NCBI GenBank assembly: GCA_038871515.1
Contig: JAVZHX010000003.1
Span: forward strand, 32,001 to 96,000
DNA length: 64,000 bases
Origin: Candidatus Micrarchaeia archaeon
Lineage (GTDB): Archaea; Micrarchaeota; Micrarchaeia; Burarchaeales; Fermentimicrarchaeaceae
Direction: 5' to 3'
This document shows positions 1 to 9,342 of the stretch, one piece after another. The notes beneath the pieces were generated by a model. The model was given only the letters and a program-made list of their open reading frames with translations, did not search any database and was not told the DNA's origin. The position numbers were made by a program, and so were the translations under genes. Positions within the stretch are counted from its first letter, which is position 1. Each line of letters opens with the position of its first letter.

Positions 1-231
1 AGCGGAGTGAGCGTTCATAACTACACAAGTGGTGAGGAGCTTGTGAAAGCTGATTTGAAGGATGTGATTGAAAGTTTCTGCTCCCAAAATCGGAATGATT
101 CTGACTGCGCGGGTGTTGTGAAGGAGCCAGCTGACACCCCACCCGTATCACCTGATTTCACTCCACTGATAGGTTTAATTGTGATTGTTGTGTTACTGGC
201 ATTGGGAATTTGGCAGCTTAAGCGAAAGTAA
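1..231 (+). CDS. C-terminal part of a membrane-anchored surface protein (probably truncated by the window edge)
   Basis: ORF ends in a Pro-rich linker, a hydrophobic helix and a basic tail (LIGLIVIVVLLALGIWQLKRK). Confidence 0.6.
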   Translation, partial: SGVSVHNYTSGEELVKADLKDVIESFCSQNRNDSDCAGVVKEPADTPPVSPDFTPLIGLIVIVVLLALGIWQLKRK

Positions 232-233
232 CA

Positions 234-920
234 TCAGTGTAGTTTTTTCTGAACTGCCTCGGTTGTAAGTTCCTTTAATGCATCATTTGCAATCCATCTT
301 GCGCTCTTTGAATCAATCCTTTGAATTTCTTTTGCAACTTCAACTGCTGCTTTATTCAAATTCACATTGCGTTTGCCAATCTGTCTCAAAGCCCAGTTAA
401 CTGCTTTTCTCACAAAGTTCCTGTCGTCAAGGGCTTCCTTCTTTATTATGGGGAGGAATTTCAGAAACTCCTCATCCTTTGCATTCTTGTCATGGACAGA
501 TAATGTAGCCATTAGGACGAAGCCTGCTCTTTTTACGAATTCTTCCTCTCTTCTGCTCCATTCAACTGCCTTCTGGTATGCGTATTTTGTTTTATCAAAC
601 AGATTGCTACAGCACTGGTCGCACACATCCCAGGAGTCAAACTCATAAACCCATTTCTCCATCTGTTTTTCTGTGACGCTTGCTGGCTCATCAATAAGAC
701 ATGCAAGTATCCTGGCTTCATGCACTCCTGATTCCCAGAGCTGCTGAGCTAGAAGATGGTTCTTGCCAACCTCCTTTGCTATCTCTCTTAGGTTTGGTAT
801 GGATACGCCGTAAGTATTATGAGGGTTTATTCCAAAACGAGCCATTCCATCTACTGCTTTTGGGTTTGAGAGCGATTTCAGTTTCTTGAGAATTTGGTTG
901 CAGGTTGCTGTCAATGACAC
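234..920 (-). CDS. DNA alkylation repair protein, AlkD-like HEAT-repeat glycosylase family
   Basis: YGVSIPNLR, FDSWDVCD and VRKAVNWALRQIGKRN motifs; likely GTG start at 920. Confidence 0.85.
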   Translation of the reverse strand: MSLTATCNQILKKLKSLSNPKAVDGMARFGINPHNTYGVSIPNLREIAKEVGKNHLLAQQLWESGVHEARILACLIDEPASVTEKQMEKWVYEFDSWDVCDQCCSNLFDKTKYAYQKAVEWSRREEEFVKRAGFVLMATLSVHDKNAKDEEFLKFLPIIKKEALDDRNFVRKAVNWALRQIGKRNVNLNKAAVEVAKEIQRIDSKSARWIANDALKELTTEAVQKKLH

Positions 921-948
921 ACCTTCCTCAAGGTTAGGTGGCGATGAA

Positions 949-3081
949 TCAACCGGAATACCTTGTGAGCTCAAAATTAACTTTCATGTTTCCTCTTGAA
1001 AGGAAAGGAGCCGTTATTGTTTTGTTTGTAATAACCCATGGATACTCTATTCTGTCAGCGTAGGTTGTTGCCATTGTTGTGGGAGGCATGTCAAAGTCAG
1101 AGTATAGATAAACAAAGCTCAAAGTTCCTAGATTATCATGGTCATCCCCTATATCTGGGTTGTCCTCATCCCAAGCATCCACTTCAAGGAAGATGAATGG
1201 TCCATTGCTCTCAAAAGACATAATTGGGTTGGTTATGCATTCGCCTCTCTCATTAGGGGTGCATGAACCGCTGACGATTTTTGCATTATCTCCCAAACTC
1301 CATGTTCCTCCCTCTGGAAATCTGTAAACAACTCCCGAAAGATCCTTCTCTCCAAAGTTGGTTGATGCTCTCATCCAAAGCCATACTTCACCATCAAAGT
1401 AATCCCCAGTGTCTGAGATAGTTACGTTGTGCACTTTCACAGACAATTTTGAGTTTCTTGGAACAAGGACTTTTTTTATTGAGTACTTCACAGTCATTCC
1501 ACCTCCCCTTACAGAATACTGCTCATCCCTCACTCCCCAGCTGTTGTTCTTATCGTATATCCTTGTGAATGCTCCTATCTGTTCATTCCCAGTTATCGCA
1601 TCAAGGAACGCGGTGTTAACTTTCAGTTCCAGCTCAAGCTCAGCATCAGAAACAAGCTTGTCAGCTGTGTTCACAAGCGTTTCTCCAATTGAGGTGAGTA
1701 TATTGAGTGGCGCTGTTGCAACAGCAAGAAATCCATCAAGCCAACCAGGAAGCTCATCGTTGTCAACTGCCCTTATTGAGATGGCAAGCCTGTCTCCCAT
1801 CTCACTTTCTTTAACTGCAAAAACAGGTATGCGCTTCTGTATCTTTCCTCCGCTGTCAACTGAATACCAGATTCTGTAAGGCCAGTTCACCTTCTGAACT
1901 CTGTCTCCGCTTCCTGCGAAGGTGAACAGCATGAGCTCTCCAGCTCCAGCCGGGTCAGTATCGTCATGAACAGTTATCTCATCAATCACAACAACTATGT
2001 AGGAAACTGGTGGAAGCATAACCTGAACGCTTGGAGGGACGTAGGTGATGTTTGAGCATACGTTGTTGCTGCATACCTGTCCTGCAGGGCACCCACAATC
2101 CTTGCAGCAGTTTGATGAGTTTTCAACTCCCGGCTTGCAGTATTTGTTGCCACATACTTCCATTGCTGAGAAGTTTGAAACATAGATAAATCTTGCACAG
2201 CTACCGTTGTAAAGAATCTCTCCAGCAGGGCAGCCGCAGTCAGCTGGGCAGTTTGATGAGTTTTCAGTGATGTAGCAGAAACCATCCCCGCAGCGGGGTG
2301 TGGGGAGGGAAACAGTTATTGTTAAATTAGGAGTTGATGTAACCCCTTCTCTCTCATCGCATACTCCGTTGTAGTTCTCATCTATGCAGCAAGCGCTCCC
2401 AAAAAGGATGTAGGGAGGCGAACAGGAAGGGGTTTCGTTTCTCATTTCCGTTTCATTAGATGGAGTTTCAGTTTCGCATACTATATTGCTGAGGACGAAG
2501 TTTTTTAGGTCAGCAGCGCTCATCTGGCCACAGATTGATTTGTTTGTTTTTATGTTTATGAAAGCAGGAACCCCCAACACTCCGCAGTCACGCGTTATGT
2601 AATCCTTGTATTTCATCAACTCATTGTTATTTGTTCTGTTATACCATACCTCAAGCTTTCTGAAAACAACACCTGTTTCATTCTCAACAGCAGAAACAAC
2701 AGGAACCATGGCTGTGCAATGGGGGCATCCCTCTCCGTAAAATTCAACAAACTCTCCCTCTGAAACACAAGGCTGGTAGGGTGTGAAGTTTGAAGTTTTT
2801 TCTTCTTCATCGCAGATTGAATTTCCGTTTGCATCCAAGCAACAGTTTCCATTAATAATTCTGTACGGTGGGTTGCATGTTGATTGATTTGAAGGAGTTT
2901 CGTTTGAAGGAACACTTATGTTTTTTTCAGGTTGCTCATCTGAATCGCATATTGAATTTTTATCTGCATCCAAGCAGCACCCAATACCAACTTTGATGTA
3001 CGGCGGGTTGCAGGTGACCTCCTCCTTCTGCGTGCAACCGGCAAGAAGCAGAAGAAGCAATAAAATTGGTATTAACCTCAT
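949..3081 (-). CDS. Secreted lipoprotein with Cys-rich repeats, a thioredoxin-like CPHC domain and two C2-like beta domains
   Basis: LLAGC lipobox; three CxPPY..CC.D.N.N.[IV]CD repeats; FYGEGCPHC; two CG...C..ENSSNC..DCGCPAG repeats. Confidence 0.75.
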   Translation of the reverse strand: MRLIPILLLLLLLAGCTQKEEVTCNPPYIKVGIGCCLDADKNSICDSDEQPEKNISVPSNETPSNQSTCNPPYRIINGNCCLDANGNSICDEEEKTSNFTPYQPCVSEGEFVEFYGEGCPHCTAMVPVVSAVENETGVVFRKLEVWYNRTNNNELMKYKDYITRDCGVLGVPAFINIKTNKSICGQMSAADLKNFVLSNIVCETETPSNETEMRNETPSCSPPYILFGSACCIDENYNGVCDEREGVTSTPNLTITVSLPTPRCGDGFCYITENSSNCPADCGCPAGEILYNGSCARFIYVSNFSAMEVCGNKYCKPGVENSSNCCKDCGCPAGQVCSNNVCSNITYVPPSVQVMLPPVSYIVVVIDEITVHDDTDPAGAGELMLFTFAGSGDRVQKVNWPYRIWYSVDSGGKIQKRIPVFAVKESEMGDRLAISIRAVDNDELPGWLDGFLAVATAPLNILTSIGETLVNTADKLVSDAELELELKVNTAFLDAITGNEQIGAFTRIYDKNNSWGVRDEQYSVRGGGMTVKYSIKKVLVPRNSKLSVKVHNVTISDTGDYFDGEVWLWMRASTNFGEKDLSGVVYRFPEGGTWSLGDNAKIVSGSCTPNERGECITNPIMSFESNGPFIFLEVDAWDEDNPDIGDDHDNLGTLSFVYLYSDFDMPPTTMATTYADRIEYPWVITNKTITAPFLSRGNMKVNFELTRYSG

Positions 3082-3102
3082 TTTCACCCCCCAAGAGATT
3101 TC

Positions 3103-3864
3103 TCATGCTGATTTAAAATGGTTACGTAGTAAGGAGGAGAATTCCAGCGCATTCTCATAGCAAGCGGAGTTATTGAACATCACCCAAAACTCCTTAACTT
3201 TCTTTTTCTCAGCAAGCTGAATGCATGTTTCTTTAACTTTATTCAACTCATCTTTGCTGAAGCTGTAACCATACATGCTTGGCCAGCCAAACCCATGCAA
3301 CCTGAAGTAGGCAACTCCCCTTCCAAAGTATTGTGGTTGGTTGCGGAGAGGGTCAACAACGTTTATAACATCGAGCTCCTTGCAAGTTTTTTCAACAACC
3401 TCATCATTCCCCCACCACTTTCCCCTTGGCTCCCATGCAAGCAGAAGCTTTCCTCTTTTTATATTGGTGAAAAAGTGATGAAGACGTTCAATGTTTATTT
3501 TGCTTGGTGAGAAGCTTGCGGGCGATTGAAAAACTAGAATGGGTGCGTGGAGCGCTTCGCATACCTGTTTCATAACCTCAAACTCCTGAACTGATTTTCC
3601 GCCAAACCTGTGAACATGGGTGATTCCCTGAAATGCTTTTACAGTGAATACAAAATTTTTATTCACCTCCCTTGCCTCCTCCCTCCACCTCTCAGCAGTT
3701 TCCACTTTTGGAATTCTGTAGAATGAGCTGTTTATTTCAACACAGGAGAACTTGGATGCGTATGCTTGAAGCACGCTTTTGAATTTTCCCTTCCAACCTT
3801 CCCCAAAGTAGTCCGAAGGCCTGAAGTAGCTGTAGCCGCAGTTCCCTATGTGAAAAATGCGCAT
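3103..3864 (-). CDS. DUF72 (YecE-like) protein
   Basis: VEINSSFYRIP, FTVKA, WEPRG, YFRLHG and FNN motifs. Confidence 0.9.
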   Translation of the reverse strand: MRIFHIGNCGYSYFRPSDYFGEGWKGKFKSVLQAYASKFSCVEINSSFYRIPKVETAERWREEAREVNKNFVFTVKAFQGITHVHRFGGKSVQEFEVMKQVCEALHAPILVFQSPASFSPSKINIERLHHFFTNIKRGKLLLAWEPRGKWWGNDEVVEKTCKELDVINVVDPLRNQPQYFGRGVAYFRLHGFGWPSMYGYSFSKDELNKVKETCIQLAEKKKVKEFWVMFNNSACYENALEFSSLLRNHFKSA

Positions 3865-3878
3865 ATTATTTATTAAGT

Positions 3879-5249
3879 TTATAAATAATCTAATAGCTCT
3901 GACATATTCTTCTTATCTATAACAACTGTTGCAGCTTCCCTCACTTTTTCAGGTGCATTAAACGCAACCCCCATTCCAACTGCCTTCATTGCATGCGCAT
4001 CGCTCAAATCATCCCCAACAAGTACGCAGTTTCTGAGAGGAATGTTGAAAAGCTTTGAAAGGTGTCTAACTCCTTCTAACTTGCATACCGAATAACCGCA
4101 GTTCTCCTCGCAGATGAAATTCGGTGTTTTGAGTTTTCCTGTTATTTTATTATTTCTTATCTCAAGCTTATTCGCCAGCACGTAATCCGCACCTATTCTC
4201 CCACCCACAGCTTCACACACCTCCTCGTAGCTGTTGCTTAAAATTGTTATCACATAGCCTCTTCTCTTCAGCTCTCTAACCACCTTCTCCACTCCTCTGT
4301 TCAGTGGAATTTGGGAAGCAATTTCTATTAGCTCTGAACTGTCCATTCCCTTCAGAAGTTTTGCAATTTTCCTGCTTGCTTCCTCCTCAGGTATTTTTCC
4401 CTTTTCAACCTGTTTATTGATTTTTGAAATTCTCCCCTCCCATCCCTTAGCTTTCGCAAGTTTCATTATGAACCTTCCATTAAGGAGAGTTCCATCCATA
4501 TCAAATATCGCCATTCTCCTCTCTTCCACCGCAGGAAGATGCAGCATGGTGAAAGCGCTTTTCAGTAAATGGGTAAGGTTCCTAAAAAACCACCACCTGC
4601 GTTTTACTCCGTGGCGTATTATCACCTGTGCAACCTCCCTTGACATAACTGCTAAATCGCTTGTCGGCCTCATCTTGTGCTCCTTATACCCCAGGTTAAC
4701 CTCTTTTATTCTTGCTTTCAGCAGAAAAGCATTAAGTAATATTCCGATATCTATCCCCCACCCATCCTCAAACTCCATTTTGAGAAAAAGCTCCTTTTTT
4801 CCAGCAATCTCTCCACTGAGTGGCTGTTTAAGCCGCAGCTCAGGGAAGAACATCTCAAGTAAAGGCTTTGCAGTTATCTCGGTAACTCTCCCCGCTTTCC
4901 TCTCGTAATATCCTTTCACAAAATCCGCTTCATTACGAATTATGGGCTCGGCAAGCTTCTCTATAAAACTAGCTTTGAAATTCGCAATATCTGCATCAGT
5001 GAAAACCAGTATGTCTTCTTTGGAGTTCACCACCCCGTCCCACATCGCAATTCCTTTTCCTGGAAATTTCTTCCTGCTTTGCATAATAACTCTCGCACCT
5101 GCTTCCTCTGCTTTTTTAACTGTGTCATCCTTTGAGCCACCGTCAACTACTAAAACTTCTCCAACAAACCTGCACTTCTTTGCCTCCCTTACTACCCTCG
5201 CTATATTTCTCTCTTCATTTAATGTGGGTATTACCACGCTTACCTTCAC
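3879..5249 (-). CDS. Glucosyl-3-phosphoglycerate synthase-like GT-A glycosyltransferase fused to a HAD (SerB-like) phosphatase
   Basis: N-term GKG, DAD, GRVTE..AKP and QPLSGE motifs; C-term FDMDGTL...K...GDDLSD. Confidence 0.8.
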   Translation of the reverse strand: MKVSVVIPTLNEERNIARVVREAKKCRFVGEVLVVDGGSKDDTVKKAEEAGARVIMQSRKKFPGKGIAMWDGVVNSKEDILVFTDADIANFKASFIEKLAEPIIRNEADFVKGYYERKAGRVTEITAKPLLEMFFPELRLKQPLSGEIAGKKELFLKMEFEDGWGIDIGILLNAFLLKARIKEVNLGYKEHKMRPTSDLAVMSREVAQVIIRHGVKRRWWFFRNLTHLLKSAFTMLHLPAVEERRMAIFDMDGTLLNGRFIMKLAKAKGWEGRISKINKQVEKGKIPEEEASRKIAKLLKGMDSSELIEIASQIPLNRGVEKVVRELKRRGYVITILSNSYEEVCEAVGGRIGADYVLANKLEIRNNKITGKLKTPNFICEENCGYSVCKLEGVRHLSKLFNIPLRNCVLVGDDLSDAHAMKAVGMGVAFNAPEKVREAATVVIDKKNMSELLDYL

Positions 5250-5305
5250 ATGCTCACCAGTGATAGTTATTTATAAGGAGCTTATAAAATAGGTTTGGTG
5301 CGGAT

Positions 5306-6139
5306 ATGACAACTGGAATAACCATAAGCAGCATCATAACTGGTGTTATTGAGTATTCAATACTTACAGGTAAAATACTCCTTGTTGCAATTATTGGCTG
5401 GGTATTCGGGATCCTTGTTGAGAGAGCTGTGAAGGAAACTCTGAAGCACTTGATAAGACTGAGAAGAGAAAAGAGCATAGAGTATTCAACTGTTGAAACA
5501 ACTGTTGAGTTTGGCGTTGCAGAGATAGTTGCAAGGTTGATAAAATACGCGATATATTTGGGAGTGATAATAGTAATTTCTGATATTGCAAGCATAACGA
5601 TAGTCAGAGATATGTTGCTTATAATTTGGAATTATCTCCCTAATGTTATTGCTGCGCTGCTGGTGCTTGTGCTTGGTGTGATGGTTGCACAGCTGGCTGG
5701 CGGAATAGTGAAGCTTTCAGCTAAAACTTCTGGTTTGGATGACTTATTTAAGGAAGTGGGAAGCACTTTCCTGCCCTCCTCACTCATCTCGCTGTTTTTC
5801 AAGTATTTCATATACCTTGTTTCCATTACTATTGCATTAACTCAGCTTGGTTTTCAAACACTGTTGCTCACTGCAATGGTGGGGATTTTTGCATCAGTTG
5901 TCACAATATTTGTGTTCCTGGTTCTTTTCTTTGGAATTAAGGAGATGATACCGGATATTTTTGCAGGAATTTTCATGAGAAGCTCCGGTTTTGTCAAGCT
6001 TGGGGAGAGAGTAAAGGTTGACGATGCGGAGGGAAAAGTGATAAGGATTGGTTTGGTAACCACAACGATAAAAAGCGGAAAGCACACGGCAAAGGTGCAG
6101 AACTCAAAAGTTATAAAGGGAGTGCGGATAAATCAGTAA
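5306..6139 (+). CDS. Small-conductance mechanosensitive channel-like membrane protein (TM_helix repeats plus MscS beta domain)
   Basis: YLPNVIAALLVL TM_helix motif; C-term GERVKVDDAEGKVIRIGLVTTTI..VQNS. Confidence 0.75.
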   Translation: MTTGITISSIITGVIEYSILTGKILLVAIIGWVFGILVERAVKETLKHLIRLRREKSIEYSTVETTVEFGVAEIVARLIKYAIYLGVIIVISDIASITIVRDMLLIIWNYLPNVIAALLVLVLGVMVAQLAGGIVKLSAKTSGLDDLFKEVGSTFLPSSLISLFFKYFIYLVSITIALTQLGFQTLLLTAMVGIFASVVTIFVFLVLFFGIKEMIPDIFAGIFMRSSGFVKLGERVKVDDAEGKVIRIGLVTTTIKSGKHTAKVQNSKVIKGVRINQ

Positions 6140-6216
6140 TAATTATAAGTTTCGCATCCCACTGCACAATCTTATTTAAACCTTTGATTTTATTATATAC
6201 TCAAAATGGTGGTGAT

Positions 6217-6954
6217 GTGGATACTCTTTCATTAATCCTCGTATCAGTTTTCATAGTCAGCCTTATCTCTTTTGTCGGGGTATTCAGCTTTGCTATTCGC
6301 AAGAAGCTTATGGAAAAGCTGATGTTCTTTCTGGTGAGCTTTGCAGCAGGCGCGATGTTTGGGGGGGCGTTTCTCCATATGCTGCCTGAAGCTGCTGAAA
6401 AGGCGGGAGTTGAGGTTTTGAACTTCGCGATTCTTGGGATACTTCTCTTCTTCATTTTAGAGAGATTCCTTCACTGGCAGCACTGCCATAACAAGCCGCA
6501 CTGCAAGGTTCATACATTTGCGTATATGAATCTTGTTGGGGATGGAGTTCACAACTTTATAGATGGGTTTGTCATTGGAGCGAGTTATCTGGTTAGCACG
6601 CAGCTTGGTGTTGCAAGCACAATTGCAATAGTGCTTCACGAGATACCGCAGGAGCTTGGTGATTTTGCAGTTCTTCTTTACGGTGGATTCACAAAGGAGA
6701 GGGCGCTTATTCTGAATTTTCTGACCGCGTTAACAGCTGTTTTGGGAGCAGTTGCAGCTTTTTACGTGATGCCGTTGTTTGAAGGTTACATACCTCTTCT
6801 TTTGTCGTTTGCTGCCGGTGGGTTCATATACGTTGCCGGTAGCGATTTGGTGCCAGAGCTCAGGAAGGAGGTGGAGTTGAAGAACTCTGTGCTGGTGATG
6901 TTTTTCATGCTGATGGGTGTTGGGGTGCTCTGGCTCACTAAGATAATGCGTTAA
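6217..6954 (+). CDS. ZIP family metal transporter
   Basis: FLHMLPEA, His-rich loop, GDGVHNFIDG and HEIPQELGDF. Confidence 0.92.
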   Translation: MDTLSLILVSVFIVSLISFVGVFSFAIRKKLMEKLMFFLVSFAAGAMFGGAFLHMLPEAAEKAGVEVLNFAILGILLFFILERFLHWQHCHNKPHCKVHTFAYMNLVGDGVHNFIDGFVIGASYLVSTQLGVASTIAIVLHEIPQELGDFAVLLYGGFTKERALILNFLTALTAVLGAVAAFYVMPLFEGYIPLLLSFAAGGFIYVAGSDLVPELRKEVELKNSVLVMFFMLMGVGVLWLTKIMR

Positions 6955-6965
6955 ATGTTGTTTTT

Positions 6966-7013
6966 TGAATAAATATTCAGAAACATTTATAAAGGTTTAT
7001 GAATAAATATTCA
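6966..7013 (+). promoter_or_regulatory. Promoter with two identical palindromic operators flanking the TATA box
   Basis: TGAATAAATATTCA at 6966-6979 and 7000-7013; TTTATAAA at 6986-6993; ATG at 7016. Confidence 0.75.
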
Positions 7014-7015
7014 TT

Positions 7016-7321
7016 ATGGTAAGACCTAAGAAATGTAAGATGGTTTATGCAGAGCCAGGAGTGACCTACTTCAAGCCACGGGCTATACCGCTTATTGATT
7101 TGAAGGAAGTGGAGCTGAGTGTAGAGGAGTTTGAAGCGATAAGGCTGAAGGATTATGAGGGGTTGGAGCAGGTGCAAGTGGCGAAGAGGATGGGGATATC
7201 ACAACCTACGCTTCACCGACTTCTTGATTCAGCAAGAATGAAAATTGCGGAAGCACTTACAAAGGGAAAGGCAATCAAGATTCATGGTGGAAGTTACGTG
7301 GTAAAGAAAAAAAGGAGGTGA
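7016..7321 (+). CDS. DUF134 family HTH DNA-binding protein
   Basis: MVRPKKC..YFKP, EEFEAIRLKDYEGLEQ..AKRMGISQPT, ARMKIAEAL..GKAIKIHGG. Confidence 0.92.
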   Translation: MVRPKKCKMVYAEPGVTYFKPRAIPLIDLKEVELSVEEFEAIRLKDYEGLEQVQVAKRMGISQPTLHRLLDSARMKIAEALTKGKAIKIHGGSYVVKKKRR

Positions 7322-7326
7322 TTTGA

Positions 7327-7584
7327 ATGCCGTGGGGAGACGGAACAGGCCCATGGTGGGCTGGAGGAAGCTGGAGGTGCTGGAGGAGGTTCAGCTCTGG
7401 CTGGGGCAGAGGTTTTGGTTGGAGAATGGCATATGCAAGTGGTTTTCCTGGCACCCAGAGCGCTGCACCACAACTGAGCAGGGAACAGGAGCTCCAGGAG
7501 CTTAAAGCTTACTCCGAGGAATTGAAAACTGAGCTTGAGGAGATAAAGAAAAGGATAGCAGAGCTTGAGAAGCCTCAGCAGTGA
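7327..7584 (+). CDS. DUF5320 family protein
   Basis: MPWGDGTGP start, Gly/Arg/Trp-rich segment, C-terminal coiled coil. Confidence 0.85.
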   Translation: MPWGDGTGPWWAGGSWRCWRRFSSGWGRGFGWRMAYASGFPGTQSAAPQLSREQELQELKAYSEELKTELEEIKKRIAELEKPQQ

Positions 7585-7594
7585 AAGTGAGAGC

Positions 7595-8002
7595 ATGAAA
7601 GTACTTATATCCACTTCCAAGGGTGGGCTGGATGATTTGGTATGCCCGGTTTTTGGCAGATGCCCCACTTTCACTCTTGTAGAGGTGGATGAGAAGGAGA
7701 AGAGAATAGTGAAAACAGAAGTGATGCCTAACCCGGGAGCTATGGCTGGAGGTGGTGCGGGGATAGCTGCTGCACAAGCAGCTATCAACAGCGGAGCTAA
7801 GAAAGTTATAACAGGCAGCTGCGGTCCCAATGCTATGGCTGTGCTGATGCAAGCAGGAGTGAATGTCTATTCTTGTGAAGGGAAAGTTGAAGATGCTGTG
7901 AAGAAACTTCTTGATGGCAAGCTTCCAGGCTTCACAGCACCGAATGTGCCCGGTCATTTTGGAATGGGATTTGGCAGACGTTTTGGGAGGAGATGGAGAT
8001 GA
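7595..8002 (+). CDS. NifB/NifX-family (dinitrogenase FeMo-co-like) protein
   Basis: FGRCPTF, GAGIAAAQ, GPNA motifs; Gly/Arg tail. Confidence 0.88.
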   Translation: MKVLISTSKGGLDDLVCPVFGRCPTFTLVEVDEKEKRIVKTEVMPNPGAMAGGGAGIAAAQAAINSGAKKVITGSCGPNAMAVLMQAGVNVYSCEGKVEDAVKKLLDGKLPGFTAPNVPGHFGMGFGRRFGRRWR

Positions 8003-8349
8003 GGATAGCTATATCGTCGGATGGAGGAGGGATGGAGGGTTATGTCTCCGAGCATTTCGGCAGATGCCCTGAGTTTGTAATTGTGGAAAGCGAAGGTAAA
8101 GAAATAAAGAAGATGGAGAGAGTTGACAACCCGTATTTCAACAACCACATCCCAGGGGAGGTTCCGAAGTTCATCTCTTCACTTGGAGTGAAGCTTATGA
8201 TAACTGGCGGGATGGGTCCAAGGGCAATTGAGATGTTTGAATCCTTGGGTGTGGAGGTTATTGTTGGAGTAAGCGGAAAAATAAAAGAGGTTGTTGAAAG
8301 ATACTTGAAAGGCGAGCTTAAGGCAGATGAGAACATCTGCAGGCATTGA
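7999..8349 (+). CDS. NifB/NifX-family protein
   Basis: VSEHFGRCPEF, GGMGPRA, C-terminal CRH; ATGA overlap with upstream gene. Confidence 0.88.
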   Translation: MRIAISSDGGGMEGYVSEHFGRCPEFVIVESEGKEIKKMERVDNPYFNNHIPGEVPKFISSLGVKLMITGGMGPRAIEMFESLGVEVIVGVSGKIKEVVERYLKGELKADENICRH

Positions 8350-8363
8350 GAGTGCGTTCTTCT

Positions 8364-9209
8364 ATGATGATTGGGATTACTGGCGGAAAGGGAGGGACGG
8401 GTAAAACTGTTGTAGCCGTCAACCTTGCAGTTGCTATTGCCAAGAGCGGCAGGAAAGTAACGTATTTGGATTGCGATGCGGACTGCCCTAGCGCTCATAT
8501 TGTTATGGGTATTGAGAGAGGGGAAAGAAGAGCGGTTAGGTCGTTCATTCCAAAGTTCAACAGCAGAAAATGTAAAAGGTGCGGTAAGTGTGTAAGCGTA
8601 TGCGAGGTGAAAGCTCTCTATCAACTTCCAGGGAAAGCTCCAACTCTGCTTGAACAGATTTGCAATGGTTGTGAGGCATGTCTGCTTGCCTGTCCGTTCA
8701 ATGCGATAAGGAGAGGGGAGAAAATTGTCGGTTGGACGTATAGAGGTGAGAGAGGTGGAGTTGAGTTATTCTCAGGGGAACTTAAACCATCCGAACCTCT
8801 CTCTGAAAAGATAGTTGATGCAGTGAAGGAGAGGGGCAGGAAGGAGGGGAAAGGCGAAATTTTCATAGTTGACACTTCTGCTGGTGCGCACTGCCAAGTG
8901 GTTCGAGCGCTTGAGGGATGTAAGATGGCAATCGCTGTGACAGAACCAACTCTTTTTGGAATCCATGATTTGAAGGTTATTTCATCAGTTCTCAAGAAAC
9001 TCAAAATAAGTTACAAAGTGGTGGTTAACAGAAGCAGTATTTCAAAAAGAAAGGTAAAGAATGCAACAATGGAGATTCCGTATGATAGAATGATGATTGA
9101 ATGTTATACAAAAGGAATTCCTATGGTGGAGAGATTTCCTGAGCATCCAATCTCAAAGAAATTTTTCAATTTTGCTGAGAGAATGTTGGCGTGCGCAAAA
9201 AGGAAGTGA
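8364..9209 (+). CDS. MinD/ParA-type P-loop ATPase with 2x[4Fe-4S] ferredoxin insert
   Basis: GGKGGTGKT, DCDADCP, two CxxCxxCxxxC motifs, VTEPT. Confidence 0.9.
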   Translation: MMIGITGGKGGTGKTVVAVNLAVAIAKSGRKVTYLDCDADCPSAHIVMGIERGERRAVRSFIPKFNSRKCKRCGKCVSVCEVKALYQLPGKAPTLLEQICNGCEACLLACPFNAIRRGEKIVGWTYRGERGGVELFSGELKPSEPLSEKIVDAVKERGRKEGKGEIFIVDTSAGAHCQVVRALEGCKMAIAVTEPTLFGIHDLKVISSVLKKLKISYKVVVNRSSISKRKVKNATMEIPYDRMMIECYTKGIPMVERFPEHPISKKFFNFAERMLACAKRK

Positions 9210-9213
9210 TGTA

Positions 9214-9342
9214 GTGGAGAAGTATTACGCGAGCTGCAGAAAGCCATGCGTGGGTCATTTATGCAAAGAATGTTATCTTGAACATTCCACCTATACGCTT
9301 TCGCATTATTACAACAGAAGAAGAAAGACGGGGAGAGGATGA
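9214..9342 (+). CDS. Small Cys-rich protein (42 aa)
   Basis: GGAAGTGA SD-like site, GTG start, MEKYYASCRKPCVGHLCKECY...; stop overlaps the next ATG (ATGA). Confidence 0.55.
   Translation: MEKYYASCRKPCVGHLCKECYLEHSTYTLSHYYNRRRKTGRG

Noticed and set aside
2108..2267. Repeated GCAGTTTGATGAGTTTTCA
   Set aside because: Explained by the ENSSNC protein repeat in the lipoprotein.
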